From NCBI GenBank assembly GCA_036263975.1, contig DATARW010000039.1, positions 30,669-94,668 of the forward strand: a DNA stretch of 64,000 nucleotides, given 5' to 3'. How positions within the stretch are numbered: position 1 is the first letter of the stretch; each line of letters begins with the position of its first letter. A program made the position numbers and the translations under genes. This DNA comes from Pyrinomonadaceae bacterium (GTDB lineage: Bacteria; Acidobacteriota; Blastocatellia; Pyrinomonadales; Pyrinomonadaceae). Below are positions 45,785 to 54,341 of the stretch, piece after piece. The notes below the pieces were generated by a model. The model was given only the letters and a program-made list of their open reading frames with translations. It searched no databases and was not told where the DNA came from.

Positions 45785-46495
45785 ATGACCAGACGCGTAG
45801 TGATCGTCGAAGACGACCCGGACATCGCCGAAGGGCTGAAGTACAACCTGGAGCGCGAGGGGCTGGAGACGCGCGTGGCGCTCACGGGCGAGCAGGGATT
45901 GCAGGCGGCGCTCGACACACGGAACCCGCCCGCGCTTATCATCCTCGACCTGATGCTGCCCGGCATGTCCGGGACGGAGCTGTGCCGGCGTCTGCGCCGC
46001 GAGCCGCAGACGCGCCGCACGCCCATCATCATGCTCACGGCGCGCACGAGTGAGGCCGACCGCGTTGCGGGCCTCGACCTCGGCGCGGACGACTACATCT
46101 CGAAGCCCTTCTCCGTGCGCGAGCTGCTGGCGAGGGTGCGCGCCGTCCTGCGCCGCGCCGACGAGTCCGTCTCGCCGCGCTACGAGGACGCGCGTCTCTC
46201 GATAGACTTCGACGACATGCGTGCCACCTGCGACGGTGCAGCGGTCAAGCTCACGCGCAAGGAGTTCTCCCTGCTCACGACGCTCGTGCGCGCCGCGGGC
46301 CGCGTCGCCACGCGCCAGCAGCTTCTCGACAACGTCTGGGGCTACGACTACTACGGCGACACGCGCACGCTCGACGTGCACATCCGCCGCCTGCGCCAGA
46401 AGCTCGGCCCCTGCGGCGACGCAATCGAGACGGTCGTCGGCGTCGGCTACCGCTTCACCGGCTGCTCCGACAAAAGGGAAGCGACCAGCGAGTAA
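45785..46495 (+). CDS. OmpR/PhoB-family response regulator
   Basis: Receiver domain (VVIVEDDPDI..., LIILDLMLPGMSG, MLTA) plus winged-helix (LTRKEFSLL..., RTLDVHIRRLRQKL, GVGYRF). Confidence 0.9.
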   Translation: MTRRVVIVEDDPDIAEGLKYNLEREGLETRVALTGEQGLQAALDTRNPPALIILDLMLPGMSGTELCRRLRREPQTRRTPIIMLTARTSEADRVAGLDLGADDYISKPFSVRELLARVRAVLRRADESVSPRYEDARLSIDFDDMRATCDGAAVKLTRKEFSLLTTLVRAAGRVATRQQLLDNVWGYDYYGDTRTLDVHIRRLRQKLGPCGDAIETVVGVGYRFTGCSDKREATSE

Positions 46496-46566
46496 GGGAA
46501 GCGACCGGCAGCGAGTGACGGGCGGCCTCGCCCTTTTCAATTCAGACTCAAAGCCTGCCGCGCCGG

Positions 46567-46693
46567 ATTAACCACAGAGGCACAGAGAGCACCGAGGATG
46601 CACAGAGGGATTTGAGTTCTCTGTGTCATCTCAGTGCCCTCTGTGCCTTTGTGGTTAATGGAACTTGGGGTCTGTGGTTAATGGAACTTGGGG
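46567..46693. repeat. CACAGAGG-family palindrome (46567-46659) followed by a 2 x 20-bp direct repeat (period 23), lying between the response-regulator and kinase genes
   Basis: ATTAACCACAGAGGCACAGAGAGCACCGAGGATGCACAGAG pairs with CTCTGTGTCATCTCAGTGCCCTCTGTGCCTTTGTGGTTAAT. GTGGTTAATGGAACTTGGGG occurs at 46651-46670 and 46674-46693. Confidence 0.85.
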
Positions 46694-46720
46694 AAGGCTC
46701 GACTATAATCGAAGACAGTC

Positions 46721-48025
46721 GTGATTATGCGCCCGTCACTCTCCATTGCCATCATGCTCGGCCTCGCGCTTCTGGCGTGCGCGGCGCTCTACGCGTGGAG
46801 TCCGGTGTTGGCGCTCTTCTCGCTCGGCTCGGCGCTGGCGGGGTTCGCCGCCGCGCGGCTCGTCCGCCCGGCGGGGGCGTCTGAAGGGGCGGAGCGTGCG
46901 CTCTCCGAGGCGAGGCTGCCGGAGGCGACGACGCCGAACGTGGCCGCCGCGGTCGCCGCGGGCGAGGTGCCGGCGGCGGCGCTGCTGGAAGTGACGATGG
47001 ACAGCATGCGCGAGGGCGTGCTCGTCATTGACAGCGCGATGCGCGTCGTGGCGTCGAACAACTCGGCGCGCGACATCTTCCGCTCCGACGGAGCCGACTC
47101 GCTCGGCGCGCGGCGGCTGAGCGACCTGACGCGAAACCCGTCCATCTACTCGGCGTTCGCCGCGGCGGTCGCGCGCGGGGTGCGGGCCGAGGTCAAGGTC
47201 GAGACGACGCGCGGCACTGAACGGAGGGTTTACGATCTGCACGTCGCGCCCCTGCGCCAGCGCGAGGTCGTCTACGGCAGCGATGTGCGCGGCGCGGTCG
47301 GCGTCTTCTTCGACATCACACGGCTCGAACGTCTCGAACGTGTCCGGCAGGAGTTCCTCTCCAACGTCTCGCACGAACTGCGCACGCCTCTGACGGCCAT
47401 CATCACCTTCGTCGAGACGCTCGAAAACGGTGCCGACGAAGACCGGGAGAACAGCCGCCGCTTCCTCTCCGTCATTCGCCGCAACGCCGAGCGCATGCAC
47501 GTCCTCATCAACGACATCCTTGAACTGTCGGCCATCGAGGCCGGCACCGTATCGGTCGAAACCAGAGACGTGCGCCTCGCGTCACTCGTCGGCGAATGCT
47601 TCACGGCGCTCGCGTCGCACGCCGCAGAGCGACGCATCTCGCTTCGCAGCGAAGTCCCCACGGACGTACTCGTCCGCGCCGACGCGCGCCGGCTCGAACA
47701 GATGCTGACGAACCTCCTGGACAACGCCGTCAAATTCAACCGAGAGGGCGGCGAGGTCGTCGTCACACACGAGCGCAGCGGGGGCCGCGACCGCATCATC
47801 GTCCGCGACACGGGCGAAGGCATCGCACCCGAACACCTGCCGCGCATCTTCGAGCGCTTCTACCGCGTTGACCGCGCGCGCTCGCGCGCCCTCGGCGGCA
47901 CTGGCCTCGGCCTCGCCATCGTCAAGCACCTCGCGCGCGCGCATGGAGGCGAGGCCACCGTCCGCTCCGCGCCCGGCGAAGGCTCGGCCTTCACCGTCGA
48001 GCTGCCCGCCAGACAAGAGCCTTGA
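46721..48025 (+). CDS. PhoR-like sensor histidine kinase (TM - PAS - HisKA - HATPase_c)
   Basis: H-box FLSNVSHELRTPLT, N-box LLDNAVKFN, G-boxes RDTGEGI and GGTGLGLAIVK. Confidence 0.9.
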   Translation: MIMRPSLSIAIMLGLALLACAALYAWSPVLALFSLGSALAGFAAARLVRPAGASEGAERALSEARLPEATTPNVAAAVAAGEVPAAALLEVTMDSMREGVLVIDSAMRVVASNNSARDIFRSDGADSLGARRLSDLTRNPSIYSAFAAAVARGVRAEVKVETTRGTERRVYDLHVAPLRQREVVYGSDVRGAVGVFFDITRLERLERVRQEFLSNVSHELRTPLTAIITFVETLENGADEDRENSRRFLSVIRRNAERMHVLINDILELSAIEAGTVSVETRDVRLASLVGECFTALASHAAERRISLRSEVPTDVLVRADARRLEQMLTNLLDNAVKFNREGGEVVVTHERSGGRDRIIVRDTGEGIAPEHLPRIFERFYRVDRARSRALGGTGLGLAIVKHLARAHGGEATVRSAPGEGSAFTVELPARQEP

Positions 48026-48628
48026 ACAGCGGTGCGCGAGCCTCATTGACCGCGCTTCGGCTGGCGGAGCGGCGAACGCGCGTCGAACGTTTTCTCGCGG
48101 CGGTATCACCCGCGCTGTTGCAATTTCGACTAGGAAGATTCTGCTCCCTTACGTTCCTTTTCCTCCCTTAACACATCGTTACGCTGCTTACGCCGCCGGA
48201 AGGCTGAACGGGTTTCGATTCGTGTCGGTTCGTGTCAGAGTTCGCGGACACTATTTGGACACAAGCATCCGCCGCGTGTTGTAAAGGGTGGCAGTTATGC
48301 CCGTGAAGACGCTGGTCGAAGACGAAGGGTTGAAGCGGCCGGGCGCGATAGCCGAAGGCTCGCGCAGGTTTGAAGCTTCAGGGCGATGACTTGTTGTAAT
48401 CTTGAGAGCGTGGGGTTATGAACTCCAGAGAACAGCCCGATCAACTTTTTCCTCCACAAAACCGCATGAACACAGGGCCGCGGTCTAAGGAAAGGCGTTT
48501 ATGTACCCCACGCGAAATGCTCTACGATATGGATCTCGGCAAATGTAATTAACGTCAATCCGAGATAAGGAATAAAGAACTCCTGAAAGGGTAAGATGTC
48601 GCCAACCAACACTAGGCTGTGTGCCCAA

Positions 48629-48682
48629 GGAATGGGCGGGATTCGGACCCGCGGTGGCCTTTCGACCACTCCGGTTTTCGAG
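48629..48682 (-). pseudogene. Orphan 3' part of a tRNA-Ser(CGA) gene (anticodon loop to acceptor 3' strand)
   Basis: The minus strand reads CTCGAAA-ACCGG-AGTGGTCGAAAGGCCACC-GCGGG-TCCGAAT-CCCGC-CCATTCC. That gives an anticodon loop with CGA, a 3' anticodon stem, a long variable arm, a T-arm and an acceptor 3' strand. There is no D-arm and no complementary 5' acceptor strand upstream. Confidence 0.6.
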
Positions 48683-49165
48683 TCCCACCAAATGCCATCA
48701 CCCAGAGGCTCTGAGCGAATAATTGCGGATATTTCAACCCACAGTCGCCGTCAAAGCACCGCAATTACCCGCACGACTCGACACGCAATCCCACCAAGCG
48801 CCCACCAACCACTCGAAGAAAACCCTTTCTGGCAAGTTGCATCAATGGCTTGGGAACTCTTTGCATTTTCACTGCCGTCGCGGGCACACCAGCGATCTGC
48901 GTCCGAAGGCTTCATGCGGCCGATGAGTTCTAAAGTCAGGACGCGAGCCTAGCGAGCATAGGAAGGGACGGACAATGGCTGTGGAGATGATGTCATCACC
49001 AATGTCGGTCGGTACGATTTAATGCTTGCGTCGGCCTCAGGTGGAACTAAAGTGTTCACGTCCGTCTCCTTTGCGGATCCAAATAGCAGGGCCGGGCCAT
49101 CTCGCCCCGACATTTGAGACCCTCATCAGATCCGGAACTTGATGTACATTTGGCTCGGGGTCAAC

Positions 49166-51064
49166 TTATCTGCGCGGATAGCCGAGAGCAGCCAAGTTTA
49201 CCGCGATCTCGTCAAAGATGGCAGGGTCATCGATAGTCGGGGGGATGCGGTAGTCTTTACCATCAGCAATTCTCTTTATGACGCCGCGCACGATTTTACC
49301 TGAGCGAGTTTTAGGCAGCCGCCGCACGACTGTCGCCGCTTTAAACGACGCAACGGGGCCTATCTCCTCGCGCACCATCCTGACCAACTCCGCGATGACC
49401 TCTTCATGTGGCCGTGTAGCGTTTGCTTTCAGCACGACGAGTCCCAGAGGGACTTCACCTTTGATCTCGTCGACCACGCCCACCACGGCGCACTCAGCAA
49501 TGTCCGCGTGTATGGCAAGCACTTCCTCTATCGCACCGGTAGAAAAGCGGTGCCCGGCGATGTTGATAATGTCGTCCGTGCGCCCCATGATCCAGAGGTT
49601 TCCGTCGCCGTCCTTGTAGCCCGCGTCGGCCGTTTTGTAGTAACCGGGGTATGAATTTAGGTAAGACTCCAGATAGCCTGCTTCGTTCTGCCACAGAGTC
49701 GTCAGGGAGCCGGGCGGGAGTGGAAGTTTGATAACCACGTTGCCCGTCCGGCCTGCGGGCACCTCAAGCCCTTCATCATCGAGCACGCGCACATCGTAGC
49801 CGGGCACGGGCCGCCCGCAGGAGCCGGGTTTGATGTGCGCGTCTCCCAGCCCGACGCAGGTAGCACCCACCGGCCAGCCCGTCTCCGTTTGCCACCAATG
49901 GTCTACGACCGGGACGCCGAGCTGTTGCTCCGCCCAGAGCAGTGTGGACGAGTCGCAACGCTCGCCAGCGAGGAAGAGCGCGCGAAAGTGGCTCAAGTTA
50001 TATCGGCGGATGTGCTTGCCCTCGGGGTCTTCGCGCCTGATGGCGCGCAAGGCAGTCGGCGCGGTGAAGAGGACTCTCACCCCGTGGTCGGAGATGACGC
50101 GCCAGAACGCCCCGGCGTCGGGCATGCCGACCGGCTTCCCTTCGTAGAGGACGGTCGTGCAGCCGTGGAAGAGCGGGCCGTAGACGATGTATGAGTGGCC
50201 AACGGCCCACCCTAAATCGGAGGCCGCCCAGAAGACCTCGCCCGGCTCGATGCCGTAGATGTGCCTCATGCTCCACTTGAGCGCGACGAGGTGGCCGCCG
50301 TTGTCACGCACGACGCCCTTGGGCAAGCCCGTCGTCCCGGAGGTGTAGAGGATGTAGAGCGGGTCGTCGGAGGCGACCGTTACACAGTCCGCGGGCCGCG
50401 CGCGTGACATCAGCTCTGACCAATCGGCGTCGCGCCCGCGCGCGAGTGTCGCTTCAAGTTGCGCTCGCTGAAGGATGACGCAGCGCAACGACTCGGCCCC
50501 GGCCAACTCAATCGCTCTGTCGAGGAGCGGCTTGTAAGGTACAATGCCGCCCGGCTCGATGCCGCACGAGGCGCTGACGACGAGTTTGGGTTGAGCGTCC
50601 TTGATGCGCGCGGCCAACTCCGCAGCCGCGAACCCGCCGAATACGACTGAGTGGACAGCCCCGACACGCGCGCAGGCCAGCATGGCGATGACCGCCTCAG
50701 GCACCATCGGCATGTAGATGATGACGCGGTCGCCGCGCCCGACTCCCTCTTCAAGAAGCACGCCCGCGAAGCGCGCCACTTCGTCGAGCAGCTGACGGTA
50801 GGTGTAGACGCGGACGGCGGAGGTGGCGGTGCTGTCGTAGATGAGCGCGGGCTGTCCGCCGCGTCCGTTGAGCACGTGCGCGTCGAGCGCGTTGTAGCAA
50901 CTGTTGACTAACCCGCCCGTGAACCAGCGGTAGAATGGCGGACGCGAAGCATCGAGCACCTTCTCATACTTCCGGTGCCAGAAGACCGCGTCCGCCGCCT
51001 CCGCCCAGAATCCTTCCGGGTCACTCAACCAACGTCCGTACGTCGCTTCGTAAGCGCCCGACAT
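49166..51064 (-). CDS. prpE: Propionate--CoA ligase (acyl-CoA synthetase, PrpE-like)
   Basis: Collinear with PrpE/Acs: PEGFWAEAA, RPPFYRWFTGG, AMP-binding LYTSGTTGLPKG, GRTDDIINIAGHR, PKTRSGKI and a TIDDPA tail. ATG 51064 with GGAGG. Confidence 0.8.
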   Translation of the reverse strand: MSGAYEATYGRWLSDPEGFWAEAADAVFWHRKYEKVLDASRPPFYRWFTGGLVNSCYNALDAHVLNGRGGQPALIYDSTATSAVRVYTYRQLLDEVARFAGVLLEEGVGRGDRVIIYMPMVPEAVIAMLACARVGAVHSVVFGGFAAAELAARIKDAQPKLVVSASCGIEPGGIVPYKPLLDRAIELAGAESLRCVILQRAQLEATLARGRDADWSELMSRARPADCVTVASDDPLYILYTSGTTGLPKGVVRDNGGHLVALKWSMRHIYGIEPGEVFWAASDLGWAVGHSYIVYGPLFHGCTTVLYEGKPVGMPDAGAFWRVISDHGVRVLFTAPTALRAIRREDPEGKHIRRYNLSHFRALFLAGERCDSSTLLWAEQQLGVPVVDHWWQTETGWPVGATCVGLGDAHIKPGSCGRPVPGYDVRVLDDEGLEVPAGRTGNVVIKLPLPPGSLTTLWQNEAGYLESYLNSYPGYYKTADAGYKDGDGNLWIMGRTDDIINIAGHRFSTGAIEEVLAIHADIAECAVVGVVDEIKGEVPLGLVVLKANATRPHEEVIAELVRMVREEIGPVASFKAATVVRRLPKTRSGKIVRGVIKRIADGKDYRIPPTIDDPAIFDEIAVNLAALGYPRR

Positions 51065-51085
51065 TTCGCCTCCGACGTTCATAGA

Positions 51086-52432
51086 CTACGCCTGCACGAG
51101 CCGCACTTCCGACTTCGGCCTGATGTCCCTGTGCGCGGTCTCTGCGGCGAGCAGCACGGAGGCCACTGTGACCGCGCACATCCCGACGACAATCAACCCG
51201 ACAGGCCATAAGCTCTTCGTCTCATGGAGCAGGTCCACGGCGTAGACCGGCATCAGCCCGCCCGCGAAGATGGTCGCGACCTGCGCGCCGAGCGACGCGC
51301 CGCTGTAGCGCACGCGCGTGTCGAACAGCTCGGAGAAGAAGCTGGCCTGCGGCGCGTACATTGCCGCCCAGCCGAGCGCGAGCGCGAGCAGCAGCGAGAG
51401 AATAACCCAGCCGGGCCGTCCCGTCTCCAACATCATGAAGGACGGGAAGACGAACAGCCCCGCGAAGACCGCGCCGCAGAGGTAGATGAGCCGACGGCCG
51501 AAGCGGTCCGACAGGTGGCCGAAGAACGGGATCGTCAGGCCCGTCACGAGGGCGGCCAGCGAGATGGCGAGGAGTACCATCGTCTCTTCGAGTACGGGCT
51601 TGTCGCCGACCTTGAGGCTCCTGGCGAAGGCGATGACGAAGACCGTGTAGATGTAGAAGACACAGTTCTCAGCCACCTTCGAGCCCATCGCCAGCAGCAC
51701 GTCGCGGCGCTGCCGCCGCCACAGGTCGCGCAGTGGCAGCTTACTACAACTCTGCCTGACCGCGGCGAACATCGGCGACTCGGCCACCGAGAGCCTGATG
51801 TAGAGCCCCACGGCGACGAGCGCGCCGCTCATCAGGAAGGGCGCACGCCAGGCCCACTCGCGCACGTCCGGCGGCAGGCTGCGCACCCCGAGGATGATGA
51901 CGTTGGCGAGGAACAGGCCGATGGGCACGCCCATCTGCGGCCAGCTCCCGTAGAAGCCGCGGCGGCGGCTCGGCGAGTGCTCGATGGCCATGAGGACGGC
52001 CCCACCCCACTCGCCGCCGATGCCGAAGCCCTGCGCGAAGCGCATCAGCACGAGCAGTAACGTCGCCGCGAGGCCGACGCCCGGGTGACTCGGCATCAGC
52101 CCGGCGAGAGTCTGGTATCCCGGCAGCAGCCCGATGACAAACGTGGCCCCGCCGGTGATGAGGAGCGCGAAGACGAGCATCGACTTGCGCCCGATGCGGT
52201 CGCCGAAGTGCCCGCAGACCATCCCGCCGACGGGCCGCGCGAGGAAGCCGACGGCATACGCGACGTAGGCGTTGACCTCGCCCGCCACGCCACTGCCGGG
52301 CGGGAAGAAGAGTTGCGTGAAGATGAGCGCCGTCGCCAGGTTGTAGAGGAAGAAGTCGAACCATTCGATGGCCGTCCCGGTAAAGCTCGCGAAGGCCACC
52401 TTGCGGATTGAAGCCGAGTCGTAAGTCTTCAT
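51086..52432 (-). CDS. MFS transporter, metabolite:H+ symporter (MHS) type
   Basis: 12 TM helices. GTAIEWFDFFLY and GHFGDRIGRK are MHS-family signatures. The stop lies 22 nt upstream of the prpE start. Confidence 0.9.
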   Translation of the reverse strand: MKTYDSASIRKVAFASFTGTAIEWFDFFLYNLATALIFTQLFFPPGSGVAGEVNAYVAYAVGFLARPVGGMVCGHFGDRIGRKSMLVFALLITGGATFVIGLLPGYQTLAGLMPSHPGVGLAATLLLVLMRFAQGFGIGGEWGGAVLMAIEHSPSRRRGFYGSWPQMGVPIGLFLANVIILGVRSLPPDVREWAWRAPFLMSGALVAVGLYIRLSVAESPMFAAVRQSCSKLPLRDLWRRQRRDVLLAMGSKVAENCVFYIYTVFVIAFARSLKVGDKPVLEETMVLLAISLAALVTGLTIPFFGHLSDRFGRRLIYLCGAVFAGLFVFPSFMMLETGRPGWVILSLLLALALGWAAMYAPQASFFSELFDTRVRYSGASLGAQVATIFAGGLMPVYAVDLLHETKSLWPVGLIVVGMCAVTVASVLLAAETAHRDIRPKSEVRLVQA

Positions 52433-52541
52433 CTCGAATAGTCCTCCTCACTGTCGGATTCTTGAACACCGCCCGCGTGGTGCGGGCGGAGGGACGGGAG
52501 GGGCGTCGGTTGCGCCCCTCCCGCGCGCTCGTCGCGCTTCG

Positions 52542-54035
52542 TTACTTGTCGTCGCGGCGGCACTGGCCGTCCTTGCAGAAGATTTTCAGGATGCGATTGC
52601 CCGCCTCGCCGTGTTTGCTCCGGGTGGCGAACCTGCGCGCGCGGGCCGTCTCGCCGCGCAGGTGGCAGACTGCGGACTTCGCACCGTAGAAGAGCTTCTG
52701 GTAGAAGGGGCGCTTGACGGTGCGGGCCAGCCGCTCGGCCTCCGAGAGGTAGTGGGCGATGTCGGGCTCAAGGTAACGGCTTGGGCGGTTGAGCCGCGCG
52801 GCGGCGACGGCGTGGCTGCAATTGAAAACCAAGGAAGCGAACTTATTTCCGCTGATCGCAGAGTAGGTCGCGGCCTGGCTCAGGCATTCAAGCGCTTTCT
52901 CGTCCTCGCCGCAGACAAGGTGGTAGACGCCGGTGAAGCCGTGACGAACGTACTGGCTGACAATAGCCGTGTCGTCAATCGCGTCGAAGGCTTCCTTTAT
53001 CTTCTCGTGCAGGTAACCGGCGGACATCCCTTCTTCCAAAAGCAGCAGCGTGAGATAGAAGCCGAAGTAGGCGTGTGAGAAACTCAGGGAGGTCGGCTCG
53101 CCCTCGCAGACGCGCTTCGCCTCCGCATACCACTCTTCCGCCCAACGCAGGCGGCAAGTGCGCTCGTCCGGCGTGAGTTTGTCGTAGACCTCGCAACTCG
53201 GCCAGAACTCCGGCTCGAAGCAGGGCTGCTCGTTGAAGGCCGCGGCGAGGATGATGTGGCGCGGGACGGCGAGGATGGGGTTCAGGATGAGGCAGCCTGA
53301 CAGTCGTTTTTTCAGCGCCTCCTTCTCGCCGTCGTCGAGCGAAGCGAAGTAGCGACTCCACTGTCCGGCCATGAGCCGCATTGCCTTCTTGAAGTCACCG
53401 AGGAAGAGCGTCGAATAAAAATATCCGTAGGAGGCGATCCACTTCAGCTCGGACTTGTCGCCTGACTCCAGCCGGTGCGCCTCCTTGAAATTCTCCGCGC
53501 CGAGTTCGTTTCCGGCGATGAGGTCACCGAGCGCGTACTTGACGATGGCTACCGCGCTGAGGCCGCGCAGGCGCGTCACCTCGTCAATCACAGGTTCGTC
53601 GGCCGCGTCGAGGATGGTCCTGATGTAGCCGCAGAGGATGTCGGGCGCCTTGCCATCGAGCCAGCCCGCGTTCAACTGCCTAACGGCGGAATCGAATATC
53701 TCCTCAATCATCTCGCGCTTCCTACCGCGGAGTTCCCCGGTCAGGCGCTTGAGTTCGAAGGGGCGGAAAAGGATGGTCAGCAGCACGGCGAGCGGGTGCG
53801 GGAGAGAGCGGTCTACAACCCACTGGTCAATTGATTCCTTAAAGTCCTTCTGCGCGTCGTCCTTCAGCACGCGGGCCACCGACGATTTGCCGAGGGCGGC
53901 CCGCCACCACACGTCCTCAACGACAATCCACGCCCTCGGGGCCAGCAACTCCACCCCGAAGAGAATGACGACGACGTATCCGACCGGTCCGAGCACGAAC
54001 GGCGGAATGACGAACAACACTGCCTGTCCCTTCAT
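52542..54035 (-). CDS. Hypothetical membrane-anchored all-alpha protein (no family recognised)
   Basis: 497-aa ORF with a good RBS (GGGAGG). N-terminal hydrophobic hairpin (VLFVIPPFVLGPVGYVVVILFGV), then helical-repeat-like sequence. G+C is visibly lower than in the core region. Confidence 0.6.
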   Translation of the reverse strand: MKGQAVLFVIPPFVLGPVGYVVVILFGVELLAPRAWIVVEDVWWRAALGKSSVARVLKDDAQKDFKESIDQWVVDRSLPHPLAVLLTILFRPFELKRLTGELRGRKREMIEEIFDSAVRQLNAGWLDGKAPDILCGYIRTILDAADEPVIDEVTRLRGLSAVAIVKYALGDLIAGNELGAENFKEAHRLESGDKSELKWIASYGYFYSTLFLGDFKKAMRLMAGQWSRYFASLDDGEKEALKKRLSGCLILNPILAVPRHIILAAAFNEQPCFEPEFWPSCEVYDKLTPDERTCRLRWAEEWYAEAKRVCEGEPTSLSFSHAYFGFYLTLLLLEEGMSAGYLHEKIKEAFDAIDDTAIVSQYVRHGFTGVYHLVCGEDEKALECLSQAATYSAISGNKFASLVFNCSHAVAAARLNRPSRYLEPDIAHYLSEAERLARTVKRPFYQKLFYGAKSAVCHLRGETARARRFATRSKHGEAGNRILKIFCKDGQCRRDDK

Positions 54036-54341
54036 GTGACTTTACCTCCCGTCTGTTTTCTCGCATCGCTTCTGTCGTCCCCGGCCTGCGCCGCCCTAGT
54101 TCGCCTTTACGACGTGTCGGCCGTTTGACCATTGCCACGTCGTCAGGGTAGATGCTATCCTCCGCACTGACCACGGAAATACTGCCTTTCAGGCGTGAAA
54201 CCTCTGCCTAGCAATCCGTTTCACTCTGAAGCGCACTGAAGTTGCTTTATCTCACAACCCTGAACTACCGAACCCTTGAGCCTGAAAAGCTGAACTCTGC
54301 CTTTTCAGTGGCCTTCTCAGGGCACGCTAAGGAGCCAAAGC

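Noticed and set aside
48629-48720. Complete tRNA-Ser gene
   Set aside because: The sequence 5' of the anticodon loop (GGTGATGGCATTTGGTGGGA) is too short for a D-arm. It does not pair with the 3' anticodon stem (ACCGG) or with the acceptor 3' strand (CCATTCC). Only the 3' part is tRNA-like.
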